From Dicyema japonicum (taxonomy: Eukaryota; Animalia; Dicyemida), in the NCBI GenBank assembly GCA_011109175.1, contig RDEW01000003.1, positions 2,181,761-2,245,760 on the forward strand: a stretch of DNA of 64,000 nt, read 5' to 3'. This document shows positions 1 to 12,914 of this stretch, one piece after another. A program made the position numbers and the translations under genes. The notes beneath the pieces are model-generated. The model saw nothing but the letters and a program-made list of their open reading frames with translations, did not search any database and had not been told where the DNA came from. Each line of letters begins with the position of its first letter. Position 1 is the stretch's first letter.

Positions 1-171
1 AAGAGAAGACCTGGCCGACCAAGGACTTGGTGGCTATCCACGGTGGAAGACGTCACGGGAATGCCTATATCAAGGCTATTCCAAATTGCAACGGATCGGG
101 AGAGTGGAGGAAACTCGTTCATGAGATCTCCAAGGGTCGGACACGACTAAATTGGACAACATAACATAACA
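1..171 (+). mobile_element. 3' end of an RTE-clade (BovB-like) LINE
   Basis: Translates KRRPGRPRTWWLSTVEDVTGMPISRLFQIATDRE, then after a frameshift WRKLVHEISKGRTRLNWTT*, the typical RTE C-terminus. Contains GTCGGACACGACT followed by an ACATA-repeat tail. Confidence 0.8.
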
Positions 172-2110
172 TTTAGAGATTCACCAAGCTCTTTAGACCC
201 GATAAACATTTCCATCCTTTCAAATCGAGATGGTGAAATTATATTTACTTATGAAGTACGGAGATGCCTACGGAATGTCGCCAGTATTTTATTCAAATGA
301 TCCACATTAATGATAATACCATTAAATGTATTAGTCATGCTTTGAAGGTGTTCTCCGCGTTAAAATTCAAAATTTATTCATTTAGAACCAAAATATAGAG
401 TTTCGCGACCAAGAGCGTCACTTTCCCGATCAATAGGATAACTTTCTAATCATTAAGGTTGGATAAGGGTGAATATATTTTAAGACGTGGAAAATATATT
501 TCAGGATCTTGTAAATCCTTTTTTAACAATTTTAGTTGAAACTGATGATCTCAAAATTGAAGAGTCCTTGATGAACTCAAAAGCTCTCATGAGTCATTCA
601 TTTTATTAGAGGAATTCGCTGAGCCATATACACCCATAGGCAATTTGGAAGGAAACTTGAGTGACGCGAACTTCAATTAACATCGGGGATTATGAGTGAT
701 AACTTCCTCATTTCTCCTCTATAGTGTTAATTTGTGCCAGGGAGATTTGAACCCCATACATTGAAGTTCCGTTTCCGATGTCTCCTAAGTCCGAGAAGGG
801 AACGAAAAGGTTACACATAGATTGAGGAGATGAAGACGTTAGCATAGTAAATCTGTGAAATAGTGAATCCAAGCGACGTGGTCAGAACAACCGTACGACT
901 AATTAGCTACCAACTGGTCTATTATTGAGATTAATAATTCTCGAAGTATGCCTTATTAGCAGGATTGAACAGTTCTCCCTCCATTTTGGGTGGTTTTTGA
1001 TTCGTAAATCAAATTGTGGTTCACCCTTAAGCTTAGTCGTGGACTGACCGTGAATATCATTATTTGCTCGTTAGGTCCAAAACGTCAGCATATTCACTAT
1101 AGGGCAATCTTGCTCTCCAAAGTTGTCTTGGATGCCAGTTGATAATTCATGTCTTCATTGACAACAGGGGATGGGCAAATTGAGTTACTTGTAACAAGAA
1201 TCTCATACTTGGAATTGATTCCATGAGATGGATACTTGGTCGAAGGTTTTTTATGCTCTGTCGTTTTCTTGGTTCAATTACCGTGGCACCATGTGATTCA
1301 ACCGTTTCTAAAGGGGCCCAGTGCCAGAATGTCGTCGTAAGGGATCATTAACCCTTCCTTACTAAACTTATAGGACTTTCATAACTGGTTTTGGATAAAC
1401 CTGACTGTGCTAGGAATTGCCCTTATGAGCTAGGAACTGGATACACTTAATATGGTAATGATAACACGTGTATATAACTATAGCAGTACAGATATTTGTG
1501 ATATTGTCTTAAGCACCCCCATGTACAACATCTGTGATCACAAAAATGTTGAAATTCCTTTTTAGGAGATGCATCATCCTCGCACCCTACATTATACATA
1601 GAGTCGCCAAATAGATAGCTTCATATATGTGGTTTTAATTTATTCCAGAAACATCTCCCAGCACGTAAATTTAAAATATTACCCGAAAGAGTCATACCAG
1701 AAAAAAAGGTACTAGATTTTGAGTGCCACAAAAATTATCTAAAAATTTCTCAAACTGCCAGTCACTCACATCCTTAACTTCTCTTATTATAAACCAATTA
1801 CACATCAGAAAAAAGGCATCATTTAAACGAGTCCACTACCCACAATCTCCCAAGTCAACCCAAACATATATCTATCTATCGAGAAGACAATGACTAGTAT
1901 ATGAACCCAAGAGGAACGACCCAGTAGGTCAAAGATCCTACATCTAAGGTCTCCTCGTCAATAACAAGGAAAAATGAGTAAGATGTATGACCAAGCAGTA
2001 AGCGAGGATCTAGCATTAGCGCCGAACATCAATCCCCCAAGGACCTACTAAAATATTGTTACAGAGAAGGAGAGACAAAAAGAATAGAAACCAATATTAG
2101 AAAGACACAA

Positions 2111-2644
2111 TCAAATTAATAATTCATAAGGGACTGGAGCCAAAGTTACTATATCCTGTTCCGTGGCATTCACACAAAAGCTAGCACGTGGTCCTTTGGG
2201 CTAAAAATGACTCATATCCCCAACCTGCTGTTTGAAGGACTTCTCGGGCTTTTCTCCCTTCTTTAGAGATCTTCTGTAGCTGTCAGCTTCTCTTACTCGC
2301 TTCAAAAAGTCATCACGACACTTTGAAGGAGACACGTGTTCAACTCGGACGCAGATTCTCTTAGCAAATATGCGATGTCTGGATTTTAGAGCAAAAGATT
2401 ACTTGACCCGTTTGTTAACAATGATTCCAAGTCCTCGTTTGCTAACGTTGAAAACACGGCCAGTTTTTCCGTGATAAGACTTGTGAGGCATTCCCTTTTG
2501 GATAGAACCGACTCCTTTTATGTCTACAAGGTCCCCGATTTTATAGACGTGCATGGTCTTTGAAAGCGGAAGAGGACCATGCTTTCGGAAATCCCGGGAA
2601 AACATGTATCGAGTTCCATGCCTATATCCGTATGATTTAACCAT
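2111..2644 (-). CDS. RPL21: 60S ribosomal protein L21 (eL21), 3 exons
   Basis: [23 protein letters not shown]...[17 protein letters not shown]. Two 24-nt GT-AG introns (2379-2402, 2201-2224) restore an open frame ending [11 protein letters not shown]. Confidence 0.97.
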
Positions 2645-3289
2645 ATTTCACTAAAAGATTGATTAAAATGAATTATACAGATACACAGAAGACACTAGAA
2701 AACGTGAACGTTATTTTTTTATTTTATTTATATTTATAAATATTAAATATATTATTTTTTTATTTATACGAAAATTATACTTATAGCTGTTCACTTAAAA
2801 AAAATATTTAAAATTACGGAGCGACGCTCTAAAGGAAGGGATTCCTATGGAATCTTTAATTTGTAAGAACCGAATGACATGCTCGTATAACTATGAGTTC
2901 CGGTTCTACGCCCCATACGTTGTTGCGTAGGTTCGATAGATGAATATCGTACCAATATAAGGCCTTACGTGATTAGTTAGTTGGATATTACCATGGTCTT
3001 TGGATTTTCATTTCTCAAAATTCGATGTTCGCCTCAACAATTACATCTTTATCTTCAATATGCCAACGTTAAAGACAGACCGTAGGGTCATTTTCAGTGT
3101 ACCTCGATATTCATCATGAGACCTGATATCTTAATGGTTAGGACATCTAATAATAGATCACGAGTAGTCGAATTCAGTACTAAAATAAGATCTTTTAATT
3201 TTATATGTTTTAACGACGACTTAAATTGTTAATCAAATTAATTAATTTAAACATTTCCTTAAATTTAATTTATTTAAATAAAAACGAGA

Positions 3290-3626
3290 ATGTCATCTGT
3301 AAGTGTTGTCTGTTGTTATATTTTTTACATTAATTTAATATTATAGAGTATTTTGACACCAAAGAGACTTCTGAATGACTTGACCGGTAAAGTCGTCCTA
3401 GTAAGAACCAAATGGGGGACAGAATATAAGGGATATCTCGTTTCAACTGACTCTTACATGAATTTTTACGTAATAATCCCTAAATTAGTTTTAGTTGGCC
3501 AACTCAGAGGAATACATTGACGGAGTTCTTCAAAGCTCGTTGGGGGAGATTTTCGTAAGGTGTAACAACGTCATGTATATTCACGGAATAGAGGAAGACG
3601 ACGAAGAAGGGGAAACTAAAGATTAA
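3290..3626 (+). CDS. SNRPF: small nuclear ribonucleoprotein F (SmF), 3 exons
   Basis: Not in the ORF track. Removing introns 3299-3346 (48 nt) and 3470-3494 (25 nt) gives [87 protein letters not shown], with SmF Sm1/Sm2 motifs. Confidence 0.96.
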
Positions 3627-4089
3627 TTCTCTCTGTCCATTTTAATTGTTTTTTCGATTCATTTGTTTAATTCTTTTCTGTTCTACTGGAGGGTCCCCAA
3701 TGATGGAGGTTCTTGTAGCAAGATAGTTTGGGGTTGAGTTTGCTCCATTTACTAACCCACTAAGTAAGATTCTGTTAAATTGTGCTCCCCGATTCCAAGA
3801 ATCTGACTATTCTCTTTGCGGAATCCTCCAGCGACCTCAGCCTTTTCCATAAGTGTAAAATGTGAGTCTGCTTAAAAGTTCAGTCATCAGATATTCGAGA
3901 TTTACAGATACCCAGAATAGGTTGGGAGTTAGTTCCCAAAATCCATTACTTCGCTGTTGGTTCTACTTTTCTTGTTCGTAGTCCCCGATTAGCTCCAATA
4001 AATTGATTTTTAAGTTTTTTTTGTTTTTAATGCAATTTCCAACTTTACTGTCGAAGTGCGAGAAGATTCCCAATACACAAAATAAACGA

Positions 4090-4460
4090 TATCGTGAAGC
4101 ATTCTCTGGAGTCATCTGGATACCCCTCCATGCTGGAACCGGTCGACATGGACAGAGGAGATGAAAACAGACGGACAGAATTACAATCTTTCCGTTTGAG
4201 GGAGGGAAGCCATTAGTATGGAGTGCGGCAAACACAATATACACTTCTGGGAAGATCAAAGGGAAGATGTGTCAATCCAAATTCCTTACTAATGTTGTTG
4301 AGACAATTGGAAGCATAAGAGGGAAATCACCGTATTTTATCAAAAATTGGGACGCCTGGCTACACTCGGAAACCATGAAGTCCATGAAACCCAGTGGCTC
4401 CTCCAGTTGATCTCCGTTGCTATCATGAGAGGTAACGTGACACCAATTATGCCGGTGGGG
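4090..4460 (+). mobile_element. CRE-clade non-LTR retrotransposon relic (restriction-like endonuclease C-terminus)
   Basis: Frameshifted pieces ITIFPFEGGKPLVW, VVETIG and KLGRLATLGNHEVHETQWLLQLISVAIMRGNV match the CRE RLE pattern (P.xxGxxLVWD...VETxG...QRISxAxxRGN). Confidence 0.7.
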
Positions 4461-4479
4461 ATCAATTAAATTTTTATTT

Positions 4480-6060
4480 CAGGACTACGGTTAATCCCAC
4501 AAACAAAGTGCTCCCGACAAATTTGATCCAAGTTCTCAGCTTGGCACGATACTCCTCCTTTGGCCTTGCACAGGTTCGTTGGGGTCAGATTGTCTTCTGA
4601 TCACATTGGGTCAGGCCCCTCCGTTATTCATTCGTATTCGGGTCACTAAGGGTGTCCACATCATGCTCCTTTTCATCCTAAACCACTTCTCTGTCACCCC
4701 AAAGAGCTATTTTTGTGTAGCCGTGATTTTCTGGGCATCTGTCCAAAAAATGGAAGACCCCCTATTAGGCGCATTCATAGGAAATGGATGCTTCGAAAGC
4801 TTTGTAGATGTCAACTTAGCTGTCTGGGCTTGTGGGAGAAAACAGAGTGAATGAGGTTACTTAAAGATTTGAGATGACTCTTAGTTGATCGATCATTTTT
4901 GAAACCAGGCTGGAAAGGTTTATCAGGAAAAGTTTCTTGACTTTCAAAAAACGGAATCTCTAAGATTTTGGACATTACCACAGAATGGAAACAATCCTGA
5001 ATGAAGCTAAGTCCTTTTTTCGCTTTTTCGTTTTTAGGACAGTCTGGATGCTCGCAAGTTGTAATCGAATTGTAGTTCATGGACCAATTATAGACTTTGG
5101 CCAGTGTAGCAACTCCCTCATCGCCCATATTTTTCAGGAATATGAAGGAACTCCGTCGGGTCCATGCGAGTGTCTGGTCTGACTCAGAATTTCCTTCACT
5201 TATTTTTCAGTGAAGTAAAATTAAAGTCAGTTGTCGTCTTCGGGTGGCCTTTCATCTCCCCTCGAAATGTTACGAATTACTTTCCAGACTTGGGTTGTCG
5301 ACTGATTGTAGTTTAAGGCAGTAAGAACACGTGTCCATTTATTTTCTGGATTTTGAATTGGCTCCTATTTCATCACTAAACGATTTTAGACGGAGTCTTG
5401 CTTCGGGAGAAAGTCTCCCCACCTTTTTGAGGTGATTTCTTTGACTAGGACCATCTTTCCGTGTCCACTTGTATAACTGGCGTGTCTTTTTGGGGCAACC
5501 ATAGATCTTGCTTCCACAATGAGTGACCACCTTGTCAATGGAGGTGAATCTCTTCAAAATTCCGGAAGAGTGGCCAATTTGTAAGTTTGTGGATATAAGA
5601 TGGCTTCATCTTTTCGTGGAAGATCTCCCTCTTAATCATCCACAAAAATTTATGGTCCCTTCTAATGTCATAGATGACGTACCAATTTATTCTTGTAGAA
5701 AGAAGAGAACAAGTGTGATGTCTGGCGAGGGATCTGAGATCCTGTAAGATGTTCTCGTGGTTTTGGAAGGGTCATTGATGATTTTCAGTGATTTCCTCTT
5801 GCATCAGCGGGCTGGCTTGACAGCTAAATGGGATGCTGGCATTCAGATCTCCACAGATCAAGAAGTTATTCAAACTCCTCAACGATGATAGGTCCATGTG
5901 TATGCAAAGGAGGTCAATGGGGGATGGATATATGAGGAAAGATCGCCCATTTTCCTATTGTGACATGGATGAACATAGTGGATTCTATTGTTCATAGCAG
6001 AACCGGAGGGATCCAAGGTCATTTCCTCGAATTGACGACACCGACCGTGGAGGTAGGATC
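4480..6060 (-). mobile_element. decayed Ingi/I-like LINE (AP endonuclease and downstream region)
   Basis: The minus strand gives NNFLICGDLNA and PSPDITL APE motifs near 5700-5880, resembling 30545-30760. Many stops and frameshifts. Confidence 0.6.
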
Positions 6061-6094
6061 CGTTCGACTCCGTAAAATAATTTTAATACATAGA

Positions 6095-6400
6095 ACTCAA
6101 TGGCCAGGCAGTTTCCTCTGACAATAGCCATTGAGATGCGCTCTCGAAGCCATCCAGTTTCACGTAGATCCTTGGTGACCCTTTGGATTATTGAGTCTAT
6201 GGACCAGTTTGTGGGCCAAGGGAAGCTGACGTCTCAACAGCAAAATGGACAAACAAGTGATCTTCCTAAAAGCTTCAGTGCTTCCTTTTCTTCTGATCCT
6301 TGGCTTGCTTATAAGCAAGACCTGGGTCCGAGGCTGAAGAGGCAAAATTTTTCGTAGAATACATGCCAACACACGTAACGTCCCAAGCCAGGTTCCGACC
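6095..6400 (-). mobile_element. CRE-clade RLE C-terminal relic
   Basis: Minus strand RETGWLRERISMAIVRGNCLAI; homologous to 15420-15680 and 40325-40678. Confidence 0.7.
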
Positions 6401-7175
6401 ATTAACGAATGATTAAGTCGTCATCCTATCTGCCATCAGAAGGCTCCAAAGAGCAGTGGTGGTTAGCAGAGGAAAATGCACTTTTAACGTCATGTTGAGA
6501 CAGGAATGTCGAGGGAAACGGCTCTTAAAGAACTCGTTTTCAAATCACGCCTTAAATACGATTTCTGATTAGTGCGGTCATCCGGAACATTAAAAGATAA
6601 GTCTCTCCATACGTCCACGGCTTCCGATAGTGACATCCGTTTAGTCACGAATAAGAGCTAAGGACCGTATCCACCAAATTCTTTGAAGAACTGTATGAGG
6701 ACAAATATGCATCCAATGCGGTGTCCGAAGGTAGAGTAAACCCAATCCAACAAAACCAACAAGTAGAGATCCATGAAGCCATAGAAGAAGGTTGCTCAAT
6801 ATCGATATCATTTACTTAAGTGATATTAAAAAAAGATCTTTTGAGGCCCTATGACTTCACTCGTCTCGGCGACAACAATCTGCTTATAAAATCTGGTCAG
6901 AGGCTGTAGTATTTGATTATTTAAAGTTCTATAACTGCAAATTGGTGTATGCAGATGACATATTGCGAATCAAATTTTTCCAGAGAGAATAGAAAAACTA
7001 TGATCCTGTCTGGCGTATCCCATAATCACGATATGAAAAAAAGTTGAAAATACAGAAGACCTTGACTACTTAAGAAAGAACAAAAAAGAGCTACTTGAAA
7101 AATGATAATTTACGAAATTATTATGAACGTGCTGGAAGTAATTAAAATAAAAAAACAAGAGAAATTTAATAGCAA

Positions 7176-8340
7176 TTAAAGAACAGGAAGATATTCCATT
7201 GGTCTTATCATATTTCGGCATTGAGAACAAATGTGATGACTCCGATGATTGTAAGTGTTAGAAAAGAGAACATAATTCCTATAATTATAAAATTTTTTGA
7301 ATCATTAAAATTTGTATTTTTTCCATGAGTTTTTTTTTCAAAACACTCCGACTCTAAAATTCAGGAAAAATCAAACCTTTTCCAGTAAAATGTGAATTAA
7401 ACTCACTTTGAAGAATTTGTGCCTTAAATGATGAAAACTCAGCATATATGTCATCAGAAAATTTAGTAAGAGACAATTCGAAATTACAGGAATTTCCAAC
7501 ATCAATCAATTTACTCTTATTAGGACTCCAAGACCCATTATAGATTTCATAGATGACTATCTGAATATTGGAGATATAATATTTGTTTTGAGACAAAATA
7601 AATGTAAAAAGTATCTCTAAAAAACCCCTTAAGAGATAACTCAACACTATTATTATCAAAGTTAATCTTCGAATCCAGATTCGCGATAACTAATATCGAA
7701 TCATCAATCTAATATTAAAATATACAATTTACTATTTCAACATTGTGATTATGAAAACATGTGATTCTAAAATTTCCACTTAATATTCCTTTCAGAGGAT
7801 TTTCCGCAATAAAATACCAATATCGAACATTTGGATCGTTAGATGGATCACAGTCATGTGCTGAATTAAATTATGTCAAACCTTTTTTAATAAAATATGG
7901 ATATGATAGTTTAGTGTAGTATTCTATCACCAAAGAATATAATGTGAGAGTATAACCATTCTCAAAACTTACTGACATATATTTGCATCTGTAATAATCT
8001 CCATGTCTAATATTTGTAAGATTTGTTGTATTTGTGTAGGTTTTATTATCTTTGAGTGTTAACTATTAAATACTAGAATTTAATTCTATTTTTATTGAGA
8101 TGTTGTAAAATTTGTCTGAGAATTCAATAAAAAATTTGTAGATCAAGTTATTTGTTTTGATTGTAATTGCATTTCATAATAAGAGAAGTCAGAAATAGTT
8201 TCAATTGAATAATTGTTTGTCTACGATTAATATTTAAAATACATTTGTATGTGTACTTTTCAATAAACTTTTTACATATACTGACATTCGATGTTCAAAT
8301 TCAAATTCGTGATTGAGGACAAAAATATTAACAACAACAT
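7176..8340 (-). CDS. LAMP-family (lysosome-associated membrane glycoprotein)-like gene, copy 1 (frame disruptions as assembled)
   Basis: Signal-peptide-like MLLLIFLSS. Introns 8050-8073, 7861-7881, 7709-7732, 7561-7594 and 7354-7376 give an open frame with HGDYYRC...AHDCDP and DVGNSCNFE...ESECFE (two LAMP-domain ends), many NxS/T sequons and a TM helix FIIIGIMFSFLTLTIIGVITFV. Confidence 0.7.
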
Positions 8341-9460
8341 AATATGTAAAATGAACACGTCGATGTGTATAATTTAGGTCACTTTTTATATTAATGAATT
8401 TATTTCTAATAATTTCAAACAAATGATATTTATTTTAAATTTATAATTATATTTATTTTCATGAATTCATTAATACTGCAATGTTAACCGTCTTTAAGAA
8501 TTTCATGGTACTTTATCGTAATCCACCATAAGTCCTTCTGTTTTGTCGGAATCTTTAATGATCGAAGGAAAACTTAATCAGGGATTTTCGTAAAATATCA
8601 AAATAACTATTTTATTACACAATCGAATAAATTCTTGTTGTCAATTGAGTTAATGTGTCTTTAATTCTGAGTCTTCCAAGTGGGATCTTGAGAGTTCTAG
8701 TGACTCTAAATGTTTTTTAATCGTACCTCGAAACATATAGTCGAATAAAGTCTATTTGGATAACAAGATTTCTCATTCGACAACAAAAATTGTTATTGCT
8801 TTTTGAAAAGAAGAACTCGTTTTCAAATCACGCCTTAAATACGATTTCTGATTAGTGCGGTCATCCGGAACATTAAAAGATAAGTCTCTCCATACGTCCA
8901 CGGCTTCCGATAGTGACATCCGTTTAGTCACGAATAAGAGCTAAGGACCGTATCCACCAAATTCTTTGAAGAACTGTATGAGGACAAATATGCATCCAAT
9001 GCGGTGTCCGAAGGTAGAGTAAACCCAATCCAACAAAACCAACAAGTAGAGATCCATGAAGCCATAGAAGAAGGTTGCTCAATATCGATCTCATTGACCT
9101 AAGCGATCTTAAAAAAAGATTTTTTGAGGCCCTATGACTTCACTCGTCTCGGCGACAACAATCTGTCATAAAATCTGGTCAGAGGCTGTTGTATTTGATT
9201 ATTTAAAGTTCTCTAACTGCAAATTGGTGTATGCAGATACCATATTGCGAATCATATTTTTCCAGAGAGAATAGATAAACTATGATCCTGTCTGAGTATC
9301 CCATAATCACGATATCGGGAAAAAAAGTTGAAAATGCAGAAGACCTTGAATGCTTAAGAGAAAAACAAAAAAGAGCTACTTGAAAAAAGAATTCACGTAA
9401 TTATTATGAACGTGCTTGAAGAATTTAAAATAAAAAAAACAACGAGAAATTTAATAGCAG

Positions 9461-10621
9461 TTAAAGAACAAGAAGATATTCCATTGGTCTTATCATATTT
9501 CGGCATTTAGTAACAAATGTGATGACTCCGATGATTGTAAGTGTTAGAAAAGAGAACATAATTCCTATAATTATAAAATTTTTTGAATCATTGGAATTTG
9601 TATTTTTTCCATGAGTTACTTTTTCAAAACACTCCGACTCTAAAATTCAGGAAAAATCAAACCTTTTCCAGTAAATGGGAATTAAACTCACTTTGAAGAA
9701 TTTGTGCCCTAAATGATGAAAACTCAGCATATATCTCATCAGAAAATTTAGTGAGAAACAATTTGAAATTACAGGAATTTCCAACATCAATCAATTTGCT
9801 CTTATTAGGACTCCATGACCCATTATAGATTTTATTGATGACTATCTGAATATTGGAGATATAATATTTGTTTTGAGACACAATAAATGTAAAAATTATT
9901 TCTAAAATCCCCTTAAGAGATAATTCAACACTATTGTTATCAAAATTAATCTTCGAATCCTGATTTTCGTAACTAATAAGAAATCATCAATCTAATATTA
10001 AAATATACAATTTACTATTTCAACAGTGTGATCATAAAAACGTGTGATTCTAAAATTTCCACTTAATATTCCTTTCAGAGGATTTTCCGCAATAAAATAC
10101 CAATATCGAACATTTGGATCGTTAGATAAATCACAGTCATGTGCTGAATTAAATTATGTCAAACCTTTTCCAATTAAATATGGAAATGATTGGTTAGTGT
10201 AGTATTTATACCAAAGAATATAATGTGAGAGTATACCATTCCCTAAACTTACGGACATATATCCGCATCTGTAATAATCTCCATGTTTAATATTTGTAAG
10301 ATTTGTTGTATTTGTGTAGGTTTTATTATCTTTGAGTGTTAACTATTAAATACTAGAATTTAATTCTATTTTTATTGAAATGTTGTAAAATTCCTCTGAT
10401 AATTCAACAAAAAATTGGTAGATCAAGTTATTTGTTTTGATTGTAATTGCATTTCATCATAAGAATGGTAGGAAATAATTTCAATTGAATAATCGTTTGT
10501 CTACCATTATTATTTAAAAATACATTTGTGTGTGTACTTTTCAATAAACTTTTTCCATTTACTAACATATGATGTTTAAAGTTAAATTCGTGATTGAGAA
10601 CAAAAACATTAACAACAACAT
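9461..10621 (-). CDS. LAMP-like gene, copy 2 (frame disruptions as assembled)
   Basis: Paralogue of copy 1 with the same introns; tail TKCRNMIRPMEYLLVL*. Confidence 0.65.
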
Positions 10622-11750
10622 AATATGTCAAATGAACACGTCGATGTGTATAATTTAGGTCACTTTTATATTAATGAATTTATTTCTAATAATTTCAAAC
10701 AAATGATATTTATTTTAAATTTATAATTATATTTATTTTCATGAATTCATTAATACTGCAATGTTAACCGTCTTTAAGAATTTCATGGTATTTTATCGTA
10801 ATCCACCATAAGTCCTTCTGTTTTGTCGGAATCTTTAATGATCGAAGGAAAACTTAATCAGGGATTTTCGTAAAATATCAAAAAACTATTTTATTACACA
10901 ATCGAATAAATTCTTGTTGTCAATTGAGTTAATGTGTCTTTAATTCTGAGTCTTCCAAGTGGGATCTTGAGAGATCTTGAGAGTTCTAGTGACTCTAAAT
11001 GTTTTTTAATCGTACCTCGAAACATATAGTCGAATAAAGTCTATTTGGATAACAAGATTTCTCATTCGACAACAAAAATTGTTATTGCTTTTTGAAAAGA
11101 AGAACTCGTTTTCAAATCACGCCTTAAATACGATTTCTGATTAGTGCGGTCATCCGGAACATTAAAAGATAAGTCTCTCCATACGTCCACGGCTTCCGAT
11201 AGTGACATCCGTTTAGTCACGAATAAGAGCTAAGGACCGTATCCACCAAATTCTTTGAAGAAACTGTATGAGGACAAATATGCATCCAATGCGGTGTCCG
11301 AAGGTAGAGTAAACCCAATCCAACAAACCAACAAGTAGAGATCCATGAAGCCATAGAAGAAGGTTGCTCAAATCGATATCATTTACCTAAGTGATATTAA
11401 AAAAAGATCTTTTGAGGCCATATGACTTCACTCGTCTCGGCTACAACAATCTGCTATTAAAATCTGGTCAGAGGCTGTAGTATTTGATTATTTAAAGTTC
11501 TATAACTGCAAATTGGTGTATGCAGATGACATATTGCGCATCAAATTTTTCCTGAGAGAATAGAAAAACTATGATCCTGTCTGAAAGTATCCCATAATCA
11601 CGATATGAGAAAAAAGTTGAAAATACAGAAAACCTTGACTACTTAAGAAAGAATGCAAAAAAGAGCTACTTGAAAAAGATATTTTACGAAATTATTATGA
11701 ACGTGCTGGGAGTAATTAAAATAAAAAAAACAAGGAGAAATTAATAGCAA

Positions 11751-12914
11751 TTAAAGAACAGGAAGATATTCCATTTGTCTTCTCATATTTCGGCATTTAG
11801 AAACAAATGTGATGACTCCAATGATTGTAAGTGTTAGAAAAGAGAACATAACTCCTATAATTATAAAATTTTTTGAATCATTGAATTTGTATTTTTTCCA
11901 TGAGTTTTTTTTTCAAAACACTCCGACTCTAAAATTCAGGAAAAATCAAACCTTTTCCAGTAAAATGGGAATTAAACTCACTTTGAAGAATTTGTGCCTT
12001 GAATGATGAAAACTCAGCATATATGTCATCAGAAAATTTAGTGAGAGACAATTTGAAATTACAGGAATTTCCAACATCAATCAATTTACTCTTATTAGGA
12101 CTCCAAGACCCATTATAGATTTCATTGATGACTATCTGAATATTGGAGATATAATATTTGTTTTGAGACAAAATAAATGTAAAAAGTATCTCGAAAAACC
12201 CCTTAAGAGATAACTCAACACTATTGTTATCAAAGTTAATCTTCGAATCCAGATTCGCGAAACTAATATCGAATCATCAATCTAATATTAAAATATACAA
12301 TTTACTATTTCAACATTGTGATTATGAAAACGTGTGATTCTAAAATTTCCACTTAATATTCCTTTCAGAGATTTTCCGCAATAAAATACCAATATCGAAC
12401 ATTTGGATCGTTAGATGGATCACAGTCATGTGCTGAATTAAATTATGTCAAACCTTTTTTAATAAAATATGGATATGATAGTTTAGTGTAGTATTCTATC
12501 ACCAAAGAATATAATGTGAGAGTATACCATTCTCAAAATTTACGGACATATATCCGCATCTGTAATAATCTCCATGTTTAATATTTGGAAGATTTGTTGT
12601 ATTTGTGTAGGTTTTATTATCTTTGAGTGTTAACTATTAAATACTAGAATTTAATTCTATTTTTATTGAGATGTTGTAAAATTTGTCTGAGAATTCAATA
12701 AAAAATTGGTAGATCAAGTACTTTGTTTCGATTGTAATTGCATTTCATCATAAGAGTAGTCAGAAATAGTTTCAATTGAATAATTGTTTGTCTACCATTA
12801 TTATTTATAAAATACATTTGTAAGTGTACTTTTTAATAAACTTTTTACATATACTGATATTCGATTTTCAAAGTTGAAATTCATGATTGAGGACAAAAAT
12901 ATTAACAACAACAT
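11751..12914 (-). CDS. LAMP-like gene, copy 3 (frame disruptions as assembled)
   Basis: Exon 1 MLLLIFLSSIMNFNFENRISVYVKSLLKSTLTN; tail SKCRNMRRQMEYLPVL* with a YxxPhi sorting motif. Confidence 0.7.

Noticed and set aside
940-990. Possible Ty3/gypsy RT motif (MPY..GLNSSPSI); similar weak trace at 63410-63445
   Set aside because: Too short and frameshifted to support a call.
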